Sequence record: PV261924.1
Reading direction: 5' to 3' (one strand)
Length of the DNA: 64,000 nucleotides
In this document: positions 27,978 through 37,700 of the stretch, piece by piece
Layout of the letters: each line of letters opens with the position of its first letter
Position numbering within the stretch: the first letter of the stretch is position 1
The notes under the pieces: generated by a model
What the model saw: only the letters and a program-made list of their open reading frames with translations
Told to the model about the DNA's origin: nothing
The model's database searches: none
Translations under genes and position numbers: made by a program

Positions 27978-29747
27978 TCAGAATGTACCACCGTCGATGG
28001 TTGCGTTCTCAATCAGAACCTCACCACTCGAACACTTGATAACTTCCTGAACTCCACTACATCCACCGATGTGGAGAGAACCTACTTCAAGTGCACCAGC
28101 TGCATTTGAAGTCAGAACACCTGAAGATTCAGATACATCGGAAGAAACAACGATTCTTGAAGTCGAGTCATCCCAATATACAGCAGCCTTCTTAGCAGAA
28201 GACGTGAAGTAGTTGAAGATAACACCGATATCCTTATCGAGGTCAGAAGATGGTGCAGAACCATCAACCATACCCAGTTCCAAGAGTTGGTCTTCAATGG
28301 TTGTTTGTGATGTATTAACCTGAGTGGTTGAACCATTGACAATCAGGTTACCCTGAACTGTAAGGTTTTGGTTACAAGCAACAGCACCAGTTGAATTGGT
28401 GATTGTAATTGCGGTAGTACCATCATTGGCCTGAAGATTAGTAGCCTTTACAGTTGGAGTTGTAAGTGAAGTTGTGACTGTAACTGCATCGGGGAGTCCG
28501 ACAGTAAGAGTCTGTCCAGAAGCAGAAGTCTCAATCTCATTTGCGGTACCAGAAATAGTCAGAGATTGGGAGTCGAGGTCAACAGCACCAGTTCCAGAAT
28601 CACCAGCAAGGTCAAGATCTTGTGCAGTAATGTTTGTATCAACGTAGTCTTTTACTGCAGCAGATGTTGGGATGGTAGTATCATTGTCATTAGATGCGAT
28701 ACCCTCAGACTCAATAACAATTGCAGCTGCTGCAAAGTCAGCTACAGCCAAATTGGTAATTGAGTTACCAGTACCATCAGCATCAAAAGTCTTATTGGTT
28801 AAGGTATCAGATGATGATGCCGTGATGAAAGCAGATGTTGCATTACTATAATTTGCAAGATCATTATCAACTACAAAGTCATATTCTCCATTCGTATCAT
28901 CATATGAAACAGTGATACGAGTTTGTGTACCAGCTGTAATTGCAGCACCAACAATATCCTCAATTCTTTCTGCTTGAAGTGTTACTGCACCTGAAGTAAC
29001 TGAGAAGTCAGTTGCATCGAAAGAAGCAACACCCTTATTTGAAGTTGATGCATCTTCACCTGCAACCGTGATAGTAGCACCAGAGTGAGTAACATCAACT
29101 CCTTCACCACCAAGGATTGAGAATCCGTGGGATGTTGCAGTCGTGATACCACTATCAGTCGTCACATACTTGACAACGTTGTCAGTTAATGAAACGGCAC
29201 CGCTAGAGACACTGAAATCATTACTGTTGAAAGAAGCAACACCCTTGTTTGAAGTAGATGCATCTTCTGCAGAAATAGTTACTGTGTCATTAGTAATAGC
29301 AGTATCAATGCCTTCACCACCTGTGAAAGTCAGAGTACCACCAGTGCTAAATGTGTCAGATCCACTATCACCAGTGATTGTGAAATCGGATGCAGCTGGA
29401 GCAGCAAATGACAGTCCACCATTACCATCACTGGTAAGTAAGTCTCCGTTATTGCCATCATCTGCTGGCATTGTCAGAGTATAACTTGCTGCCAGAGAAT
29501 CTGGTGATTTAATGGTTACTGAGTTAGTACCATTGTTTGTGCCTTCGACAAGCTTTACACCACTACCAGTGGATGCAGTACCTACTGACCAATATCTACC
29601 AGAACCAACGAATTGGTTCAATGCAGTAGTAGAATTTACACCAACATACAAATCATATGAATCGGTTGTAAAACCAGGCTCACCCGCACGAAGGGCAGGG
29701 AGGTTGGCTAATACACCTCTCTTAAACTGAATTACTGGTGCTGCCAC
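27978..29747 (-). CDS. Fibre-like virion protein (589 aa)
   Basis: GTG start after SD AGGAGG; APVIQFKRG..GEPGFTTD anchor; internal 70-aa repeat; ends TIDGGTF. Confidence 0.8.
   Translation of the reverse strand: MAAPVIQFKRGVLANLPALRAGEPGFTTDSYDLYVGVNSTTALNQFVGSGRYWSVGTASTGSGVKLVEGTNNGTNSVTIKSPDSLAASYTLTMPADDGNNGDLLTSDGNGGLSFAAPAASDFTITGDSGSDTFSTGGTLTFTGGEGIDTAITNDTVTISAEDASTSNKGVASFNSNDFSVSSGAVSLTDNVVKYVTTDSGITTATSHGFSILGGEGVDVTHSGATITVAGEDASTSNKGVASFDATDFSVTSGAVTLQAERIEDIVGAAITAGTQTRITVSYDDTNGEYDFVVDNDLANYSNATSAFITASSSDTLTNKTFDADGTGNSITNLAVADFAAAAIVIESEGIASNDNDTTIPTSAAVKDYVDTNITAQDLDLAGDSGTGAVDLDSQSLTISGTANEIETSASGQTLTVGLPDAVTVTTSLTTPTVKATNLQANDGTTAITITNSTGAVACNQNLTVQGNLIVNGSTTQVNTSQTTIEDQLLELGMVDGSAPSSDLDKDIGVIFNYFTSSAKKAAVYWDDSTSRIVVSSDVSESSGVLTSNAAGALEVGSLHIGGCSGVQEVIKCSSGEVLIENATIDGGTF
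29020..29267. repeat. Intragenic direct repeat, cores 29020-29057 and 29230-29267 (38 bp, 2 mismatches, 210-nt offset)
   Basis: Both copies encode EDASTSNKGVASF. Confidence 0.85.
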
Positions 29748-29791
29748 GAGCTACCCTCCTTCTTCGTATAAAGATACACTTTTTATATTAT

Positions 29792-29799
29792 TATTTAGA
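29792..29799 (-). promoter_or_regulatory. T4-type late promoter
   Basis: TCTAAATA. Confidence 0.65.
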
Positions 29800-29800
29800 T

Positions 29801-30040
29801 TTAGAAAGACCCACCGTCATATGATCTTGTGGTGATTTTATCCACCTCAAGGAGGGATTCAACTTGATCTATAAAAGAATCTTCTAAATCATTATCTTCA
29901 GCTGCTGATATTAAAATAGGTGAATTATTGATAATATCCCTCAATCTAAATCTTCCTGCTGCTGCATCGTATTGAAGTACTGCAGGAATAGTCTTATCCT
30001 CTGGATTTAAATCATCAGTATCGATTACTCTTAATGGCAT
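29801..30040 (-). CDS. Small acidic hypothetical protein, paralog of 30040-30363
   Basis: AAEDNDLEDSFI...YDGGSF. Confidence 0.75.
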   Translation of the reverse strand: MPLRVIDTDDLNPEDKTIPAVLQYDAAAGRFRLRDIINNSPILISAAEDNDLEDSFIDQVESLLEVDKITTRSYDGGSF

Positions 30041-30363
30041 CAGAAGCCACCTCCATCAATATCTCCACCCTCAATATTTCCAAGGTTTATTTCATCTTCA
30101 AGTTCTCTTATAAATGAATCCGCAATGTCACCATCTTCGGCTGCTCTTTCAAGTAAGACATCTGCTGTAGTCAATTCAAACTTCTTAGTTATATTATTAA
30201 AGGTAACAAATAGACCATCTTTTGTATCATCAAGAACACCAAAACTGGTATCACCCATATCACCAAGAGTGGTGGGTTGTCTTACGTTTTTAACTAAAGT
30301 TTTGGTTGTTTGTTTTTTAGAGATACTTTTGGCACCAGAGGCACCTTTTCTTACAGTTGCCAT
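30040..30363 (-). CDS. Small hypothetical protein, paralog of 29801-30040
   Basis: AAEDGDIADSFI...IDGGGF. Confidence 0.75.
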   Translation of the reverse strand: MATVRKGASGAKSISKKQTTKTLVKNVRQPTTLGDMGDTSFGVLDDTKDGLFVTFNNITKKFELTTADVLLERAAEDGDIADSFIRELEDEINLGNIEGGDIDGGGF

Positions 30364-30698
30364 TAGGTTGAAATACCAGCGGTTACCATAGCAGACCCCT
30401 CTACCATTCTTGAAACCGAACCACTACCAGATGTCAATACTACATCATAATAATATCTACCTGGTTTCAGATTTACGGTTTTGCCTGCTGTCATTGCAAT
30501 TGAAACTTCACCAGTCAGTCCAACAATAGAGACAGAAAATGATTCGGATGATGGTGAACCTGGATACTTTTTAATTTTAGATACACCAGAGAATCCACTC
30601 AAATTAGAAGCACTTCCATCAGATTCAGTAGAAGTAAAACTTTCACTGAAGTCTGTGCCTTGAGCAATGACTATGTTGACAACAGGAGTAGCGGCCAT
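30363..30698 (-). CDS. Small structural adaptor (BppU_N-like Ig domain)
   Basis: NIVIAQGTDF...LKPGRYYYDVVL...RMVEGSAMVTAGIS. Confidence 0.65.
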   Translation of the reverse strand: MAATPVVNIVIAQGTDFSESFTSTESDGSASNLSGFSGVSKIKKYPGSPSSESFSVSIVGLTGEVSIAMTAGKTVNLKPGRYYYDVVLTSGSGSVSRMVEGSAMVTAGIST

Positions 30699-30709
30699 CT
30701 CTTATTTTT

Positions 30710-31138
30710 TTAACTATTTAGATCTTTGTTGACGTTTTTCAACATTTTTTGCAAATCTGCTGTACTGCCAACAAAAAGTGCATTATTAGTTACAGAAGTA
30801 GGTCCCTTCTTATCTTCCTCATTTACATCTTTAAGTTTTTTCTGTAAATCCATCAATTTATCAGTTGCGTCAGAGACATTCTTAATCAACTGACCTGCAA
30901 CTTCATATGCACGAGGCATTTCACTCTCTTGAGCAAGTTCTAAGATACCATTGATTGCTTCTTGTCCTTTTTCAATGATCGAATATAAATTACCCCTAGT
31001 ATACTCGTAGTCTTTACGGATATCTTCGTTGGAGTTTTCAAATTTTGTGATTTGTCTTTCGACATCATCCTTCTTTTCTGTCTTAACTTCAATCGGTTCG
31101 ACATCAAATGTTTCGTTGAGCTTTTCATACTTATCCAT
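30710..31138 (-). CDS. g16: Terminase small subunit gp16
   Basis: DYEYTRGNL, ESEMPRAYEVAGQLIK, NNALFVGSTADLQKML. Confidence 0.95.
   Translation of the reverse strand: MDKYEKLNETFDVEPIEVKTEKKDDVERQITKFENSNEDIRKDYEYTRGNLYSIIEKGQEAINGILELAQESEMPRAYEVAGQLIKNVSDATDKLMDLQKKLKDVNEEDKKGPTSVTNNALFVGSTADLQKMLKNVNKDLNS
30715..30722 (-). promoter_or_regulatory. T4-type late promoter
   Basis: TCTAAATA. Confidence 0.65.
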
Positions 31139-31147
31139 GGGTTAACC

Positions 31148-32146
31148 TCAGAAGACATTACCATCAAACCCGAAATCGTCTCCAAGTTCTATCTGTACAT
31201 TGTCATTGTTATTAATAGTGTACACCTTGGAACCAAGAACGTGGTTCTGAAGAGGAGACTTATCTTCAGCTCTCCTTACCACCAACTTATTGTCTGCTAC
31301 GGTCTCAACATACATCTCTTCTTGGTCAATATAGATGTAAGAACCTTCTGGAATTGCTGAACCATTTTCAACATCAATCACAGTTTCATTCATATCAACA
31401 TTTTCAGCAAGTAATGTTGCTACTACACCATCATAATCTTTGATAGCTCTTGGTGTGACCTGATAAGTAACATCTCTCTCATACTTATTGGACTTGGATC
31501 CAGCAATGTATCCAACAGTAACCTTCTTAATGATATCGTTAGAGACATCCTTCAGAGGACCGAAGACATAGGTCTTTGCAGTAAATGTGAAAGTATAGAG
31601 TAGAGCTCTTCTTGTATCAAAGTTACCTTCATACTCATCAGTCATGTCAATGTTGTCAAGTACAACGGGGACATTCATAACTTCTTTGAAGTTACCTAAA
31701 AACTTGATAGGGAGAGTATAACCAGGTTGGAAATATGGAACAATCTGTTCAACAATTTGAAGCATATCATCATTCAGTTTTGTATAAACTGAAAGAGTGA
31801 TTGTCATATTATATGGTACTGGGAGATATGACTTCCTTTCTTCTGTACCATCAGCTGATGTTACAACAAACTGCTGTGTTTGAGTAGACTTTCTTGACGG
31901 ATCGTATGCGAGATTCGTAAATTCAAATGACATCCTGGGAAGTGTCATTTGAACTGGATGATTCAAATCAGGATTCTGTTTCAGTCTTGCCAAAAACTTC
32001 TGAGTTGGTCCATAAGCAAGAGGAACTTTGATAATACTCTGAGTATCATCATTCTCATCCTTATGTTTGATTTGAATACCATTAAAAAGGGAACCAAATC
32101 CAATAATTACGGATCTAAAGATCTCGTTGTAAAAATACTCAAACAT
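31148..32146 (-). CDS. g15: Tail sheath stabilizer / terminator gp15 with C-terminal extra domain
   Basis: YFYNEIFR, KVPLAYGPTQKFL, LPRMSFE, LQIVEQIVPYFQP. Confidence 0.95.
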   Translation of the reverse strand: MFEYFYNEIFRSVIIGFGSLFNGIQIKHKDENDDTQSIIKVPLAYGPTQKFLARLKQNPDLNHPVQMTLPRMSFEFTNLAYDPSRKSTQTQQFVVTSADGTEERKSYLPVPYNMTITLSVYTKLNDDMLQIVEQIVPYFQPGYTLPIKFLGNFKEVMNVPVVLDNIDMTDEYEGNFDTRRALLYTFTFTAKTYVFGPLKDVSNDIIKKVTVGYIAGSKSNKYERDVTYQVTPRAIKDYDGVVATLLAENVDMNETVIDVENGSAIPEGSYIYIDQEEMYVETVADNKLVVRRAEDKSPLQNHVLGSKVYTINNNDNVQIELGDDFGFDGNVF

Positions 32147-32167
32147 TATTTTGAAGCACTATACCTT

Positions 32168-32175
32168 TATTTAGG
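32168..32175 (-). promoter_or_regulatory. T4-type late promoter (g15)
   Basis: CCTAAATA. Confidence 0.65.
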
Positions 32176-33640
32176 GCATACCGAATGGATTACTTGATGA
32201 GAAGTCTATAATTACATCTGCTTCGGACTCAATTGTATCATTATCAGCATAAGGTGTGACTAAATCATCGGTATTATAACCACCAATCACGTACTTTGCA
32301 CCCGACTCTTGACCTGTTAATACTTCACCAATCTGGAAGTATCCATCAACAATACTGACTTCCATAATATCATTGACACCATCCCATTCCTTGACTCTTG
32401 CTGTTGTACTTGAGATAGAACCAGTTACAACTTCGTTAAAGATAAATGTTCCACCAATAGACACTACATTAGATACTGCAGGACCAGATAATGTGACGAT
32501 TGGGGTAGAATCATAACCCTCACCACCATCAATTACATATACTGCAGTTACGATACCAGATGCACTGATCGTCGATACACCAACTGCCTGTCTAGACGGA
32601 CGTGGGAATGCAGAATCAAATGTATAAGAGGTAGAATCGAATGTGTAGAATGAGGAATCCCAAAGAGGATAAGCACCTGAGGTATTACCAATAGTAACAG
32701 TTGGTGCTGCTGAATAACCAGACCCACCATCTGTAACTCTAATGGATTGAATAGAACCTGCTGTAGAGATACCTGTTGTTGCTGCAAATCCAGTACCACC
32801 ACCTCCATATACGGTAATCATAGGTGGTTCTGTATAACCACAACCAGCATTGGTTATCAGAATTGTTGGGATAACACCAGACTTACCCTTACAACCTGGA
32901 TACTCATAGGATACTGACGCAATGCCTGTTGCAGTTACACCACCTGGAGGAGCTGAAGAGAAACCTACAACTGGTTGGGCAGTATATCCTCTACCCATAT
33001 TAGAGATTGTAATCTCATTGACTGCACCAGATGCACACCAATCCGCTTCTGCAGTTGCAGTAGAACCGACACCAATCAGGTTGAGTGTTTGAATATAACC
33101 AATTTGTGCGATCTCATCATCAATGGTGTCAACACCTGTGTCGATAACTTCGTCTTCATATCTGAAGAGTTCACATCTCAATTCATAGACATATGTCTTC
33201 TTGAGTTGGTAGAAAGGTTGTTCATGTTCAACGAACTTGATCTCGAATAATCTATCCCCCAATGGGAAATAAATCAAATCACCTTCCTTTGGTCTGGAGG
33301 TCAATTCCATATTAGGAAGACCTTCAGTCAATGGTGCAATATAGTTCTCAAATCTCTCTTTTGAGATAATTAATTGAAGATCATCTCTATTTTCAATACC
33401 AAATTTTGACAGGATAGACCCCTGTCCAGTATATCCTTCGTAGTTATCAATGTATGCTTCTAAAGGATATGCATTCTTGAATTCAGATTCAATGACCTCA
33501 TGAATAATTGTATTTGTCGTGGCATATGTTCTTGGAAGATAATATACTTCCACACCATACATCTGCAACTGTTCGTTGACAAGACTCTGGATTAGGTTTT
33601 GTTCGGATCTTGTACCGTTAAGAAAGAAGGGATTTAACAT
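32171..33640 (-). CDS. g14: Neck protein gp14 with internal Gly/Thr-rich repeat insertion
   Basis: NPFF, YGVEVYYLPR, RPKEGDLIYFP, FSSSNPFG. Confidence 0.95.
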   Translation of the reverse strand: MLNPFFLNGTRSEQNLIQSLVNEQLQMYGVEVYYLPRTYATTNTIIHEVIESEFKNAYPLEAYIDNYEGYTGQGSILSKFGIENRDDLQLIISKERFENYIAPLTEGLPNMELTSRPKEGDLIYFPLGDRLFEIKFVEHEQPFYQLKKTYVYELRCELFRYEDEVIDTGVDTIDDEIAQIGYIQTLNLIGVGSTATAEADWCASGAVNEITISNMGRGYTAQPVVGFSSAPPGGVTATGIASVSYEYPGCKGKSGVIPTILITNAGCGYTEPPMITVYGGGGTGFAATTGISTAGSIQSIRVTDGGSGYSAAPTVTIGNTSGAYPLWDSSFYTFDSTSYTFDSAFPRPSRQAVGVSTISASGIVTAVYVIDGGEGYDSTPIVTLSGPAVSNVVSIGGTFIFNEVVTGSISSTTARVKEWDGVNDIMEVSIVDGYFQIGEVLTGQESGAKYVIGGYNTDDLVTPYADNDTIESEADVIIDFSSSNPFGMP

Positions 33641-33646
33641 GTGTCA

Positions 33647-34519
33647 TCACCCGATCATATCAAGAGGTGGTAACTCATATGTACTCATCATTCTTTCCTG
33701 AATCCTATCTAATTCTGCTTGTGCATCATCATATAGTTGTCTACCATTGAACTCAATACCACCAGGAAGTTTTACACCCTGGAATTTAATTAAGTTCTGA
33801 CCCCACTGTCTCTTAATCAGTGCAGTCAGATATGGTTTAATGAATGAATCGTTGTAAATTCTTGCATAATCATTAGGATCATTCATTGCCCAACAATCAA
33901 GAATTAAAAACTCACCAGCATTAAGATCACTGTAATCAACATCGATATATAATCGATCAGTTCTTTGATTGAATCGAATCTGTTTATGTGTGTTTAGAAT
34001 AAAGTTAATTGTCTCAAGGTAACCCATTGTCATTGAGTATGACAACAGATCAAAACCACCAGCACCCCAACCATTCAATCCGATAAAATCATTCAACATA
34101 TACTGGTATCTTACGTTGAACATACCAGCACCCATTCCTGCAGGATATTGGTAGATCTTATTAACACCAATAATTGATGGAGGAATCTGAATGTAATTAC
34201 TGTTCTGATAATAAGTGAACGTGGTTGCAGTACCAGCAACACTCGCAGATGCTGTTATTGATGTGATACCAGTGGTTCCATTTTCATTCTGAGGTGCACC
34301 AGGTGGTCTTGCTCTACCTCTCTTGATATCCTCCTCGGTAAGTTCGTACTTCAAATAAACCTTAGTGACACCATCAAAGTGTCTCTCCTGGAAATACTGA
34401 ATGGCATCATCTACAAGATCTTCAATTTGTTCATCTGCAACGTTGATCTCCAATACTGGAGCACCCAATTGTCTTAAACAATAATCAATCAGTTCTTGTC
34501 TAGTACTAGGCTGTGCCAT
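33647..34519 (-). CDS. g13: Neck protein gp13
   Basis: LRQLGAPVLEINV, KRQWGQNLIKFQGVKLPGG. Confidence 0.95.
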   Translation of the reverse strand: MAQPSTRQELIDYCLRQLGAPVLEINVADEQIEDLVDDAIQYFQERHFDGVTKVYLKYELTEEDIKRGRARPPGAPQNENGTTGITSITASASVAGTATTFTYYQNSNYIQIPPSIIGVNKIYQYPAGMGAGMFNVRYQYMLNDFIGLNGWGAGGFDLLSYSMTMGYLETINFILNTHKQIRFNQRTDRLYIDVDYSDLNAGEFLILDCWAMNDPNDYARIYNDSFIKPYLTALIKRQWGQNLIKFQGVKLPGGIEFNGRQLYDDAQAELDRIQERMMSTYELPPLDMIG

Positions 34520-34543
34520 CTATAATGAGACCTACTTATATGT

Positions 34544-34777
34544 CTATTTATTTAATAAATCGGTGATAGTATTAAGCATATTCTTAATATCTGTCACGTC
34601 AGTTTTTAAATTACTTACCTCAGACTGAAGAGAGTCAAATTTCTTTTTATCCTCTCTCAGTTTTTCTCGATTTCTCACATAGGTTTCATAATCAATGTTG
34701 TTTGTGTTAACAATGGCCCCAGAATGGATGTCTCTATAATATCCATCCATTCCATCAACGGGAATCATATTGTCCAT
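34544..34777 (-). CDS. Small coiled-coil hypothetical protein (77 aa)
   Basis: YRDIHSGAIVNTN plus heptads; fills the gap before g13. Confidence 0.75.
   Translation of the reverse strand: MDNMIPVDGMDGYYRDIHSGAIVNTNNIDYETYVRNREKLREDKKKFDSLQSEVSNLKTDVTDIKNMLNTITDLLNK
34545..34552 (-). promoter_or_regulatory. T4-type late promoter (g13)
   Basis: AATAAATA. Confidence 0.7.
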
Positions 34778-34778
34778 A

Positions 34779-37700
34779 TTATGCGAATGAAAGTACTCTC
34801 AGGTTTCTGATCATTGGTACAGTAGACTGATCTGTCGAAGTACCAATGATCTTAATTCTAAATGTCTTGAATGGTTTTACTTCATCAATAGTAAACTTGT
34901 ACTCTTTATATTGATCTTGAGTTGGTTCTGGAACATAAGCATCAACCTTAGGAACTCTCTTATCGGGAGTACCATTGTTTGATGAAATGTCAAGAATAGC
35001 ACCGTTAATATCAATATTCTTATAACCAGGGAAAGGAACAAAGATTGTCTCTTCTACTGGTACATCTTGATTAAGTGCATAGAATACTCTAATATCACTG
35101 TAGTTTGATACGTAACCATCAAGTAGAACTTGTAATGATGATGCTGGATTCTCAAGAGTTACATTCTTAGATACATATGTGAATCTGTTAGGATCATCTT
35201 CAGTACCATTAACTCTAAAGTCAGCAACATAATCTGTAACGGGGCGACTGATTCTGTTCATTGTATAAACAACAGATGCATTATCCAGGTCAATGACAGG
35301 ACTGATTCTAGAGTTTCCAGACAGTAAAGTGAATTGCATTTCGAATGACTTATTACCAGCAAAGGTATCACCATTCAACAGATTACTTTCGTTTTGTGCC
35401 GAAGCAACCATTCTTTGACCATCAAAATAGTTCTTATCAAAGATTGTGACTTGTTTATATCCCTTGTCGAGATATGACTCCTGATTGCCAGATACACTCG
35501 AAGCAGAAATCGTTCTAACTTGTGAGATGAGGTTTGTGCCTTGTGGTGTAATAGTGGTAACCTTAGGAGTAATCAAGTTATATGGTAAGTTGTAAGTACC
35601 CTTGACCAATGGTCCGCCTGCAAGTTTGTTTTCCTTGAAGTAGAGTGGTGGAAATCCTGCAGCATTAGCAGGTGCTCTATTCGTACCATTTGCATTCATC
35701 TGAACCTTGACATAATAGTAGTCAAGTCCAATAGGTGCTTCATCTAATTCACTTGAAACTACATTTGCAAGTAGATGTGAAGTATTGATTCTTCTAAGAG
35801 ATACACCATTCAACTCATACTTGTAGATAAGTTCACCAGAGGAGTGTGTTGCGATGGTTGTATTATCAATACCTCTTGTAACACCAGTCAGAGTTCTACC
35901 ATTTACACCAGTGTAAGAAATAATCTCATCACCAATCTTCACATAACCTGGGTTGGTACCACCTACACCAAGATTTTCAAAGGTTTCAAAGTCTGTCGCC
36001 AAACCTTCGATTGTGATGAAGGTTGTGGTGTCAAAACCATATTCTTGTGAAAGAGTATTAGGAACAAGATCACTTCTAACGTCAGAGATTGTTACTCTGT
36101 TTACGTTAGAGTAGAGACCATGATTTCTCTGGAATACTCTGATGTAGTTACCCTGTTCAGTAACATTGATAGGCGATACAGGAATAACATTTCCACCAAC
36201 ATCATTAAGTTCAGTTGTAAATCCAACACTATTTTCATAATAAAGTGGGTATGCAGAGTTGGTTGTAAAGTTACCCTGTACGTTATCAAGTACAAGTGTG
36301 TTATTACCGAGAAGTTCGTTGACAGAAAGTTGAATACCAGAACCTAGATTGACACTTCCAACTTGTACAGGTGTCAATACATCACCAACAACATAACCAG
36401 TACCACCTGCTCTAACTACTGCTTCAGTTGCAACACCATTTTCAATTGTAATATCAGCGGTGGCGTTCACACCCTTACCAGTAACAGCAGTAAGTGCTAC
36501 ACCAGTGTAGGTGAAAGTTGCTGAAGAAGGTGTGTATCCAACACCAGCATTTGTAATCGTAAAGTTAGAAGTTACAGATCCTGCGAATGCAACCAGAGTA
36601 CCTTGTGCTCCATTACCCAACTGTTTGACAGTTCTACCGACAACGAGACCACTATCACTTACAGTTGTTCCAAGACCAACTCTGATTTCTCTTGAGTTGA
36701 CTGTCAAACCATTAGGATCGATCTGTGCAAGATCTGATGGAAGTTCTGGGTTGTAGAATGAAACAGAACCCTGTGACTTGAAGTTTGCCACATAAAGATT
36801 GAACTTAAGATCCTCATACTGAGAAGGTGTCCACACAGAAGCATTCTGAGACTTAAAGAGAGAACCAAGAAGTGGTTGCTCGGTAACCAGAATCTGACCT
36901 GCTTCTTGTCCCAATGTTGTTACATCAGCCTCACCAAGTCTACTAATCCAAACTCTGTATTCTGTAGAATGTGAGAGAAGAACCATTGCGTATTCTTTCT
37001 CAGGGTTCAGATAAACTGGAGCATCAAGTGTAATAGTTGTTGCTACAGTACCATCATCACTGAGGTTTACATCTTTAGGATCTACACTCTTGAATGAGAA
37101 AGGAAGAACTTTGTCGGTTGGGGTACCAAGATTAGTCTCTCTAATTTCGAAGAGAACAGGAATATTTTCATCCTTAGTTACAAAGAACAAATCAACTTTA
37201 GTGATGAATACCCCAGTTGGATCATCAACTAAGAACGTTTGTGCAAGTGGGTCAATGCGTGGTGGAATGACACGTACAGATGTAGTAGATGTGGATTGTG
37301 TATCGGTGTTTGTATCTGTAATTGTAATCGTATTTGATGTTGCTGTATCTCCGATATTTCTTCTCTGAGTTAGATCAGCTCTTCTTACTGTTGCATTTCT
37401 AACAGAGAGAGTTGTTTCTTGAGTCGTATCAACATCACCTTGTGAATAGAAGATTGATTCACCAGCAGTTGATACAAGTCCTTCAATTGTACTGTTAGTT
37501 CTACTACTGGTGAGTCTGAAACTTGATCTACCAGTTTCAAAGATTGGGTTTGCGGGATTGTTAGGACTTGGGACAAAGTATGATGCTTGGAGTGTACCCA
37601 CTCTATCAGTAATAAGTCTTACATTAGAAACCCTAGCCTGTGCACCACTAGATGCTCCAGTCAGGATCATTGATCTAGAAATCCATCCACTAAATTGTGG

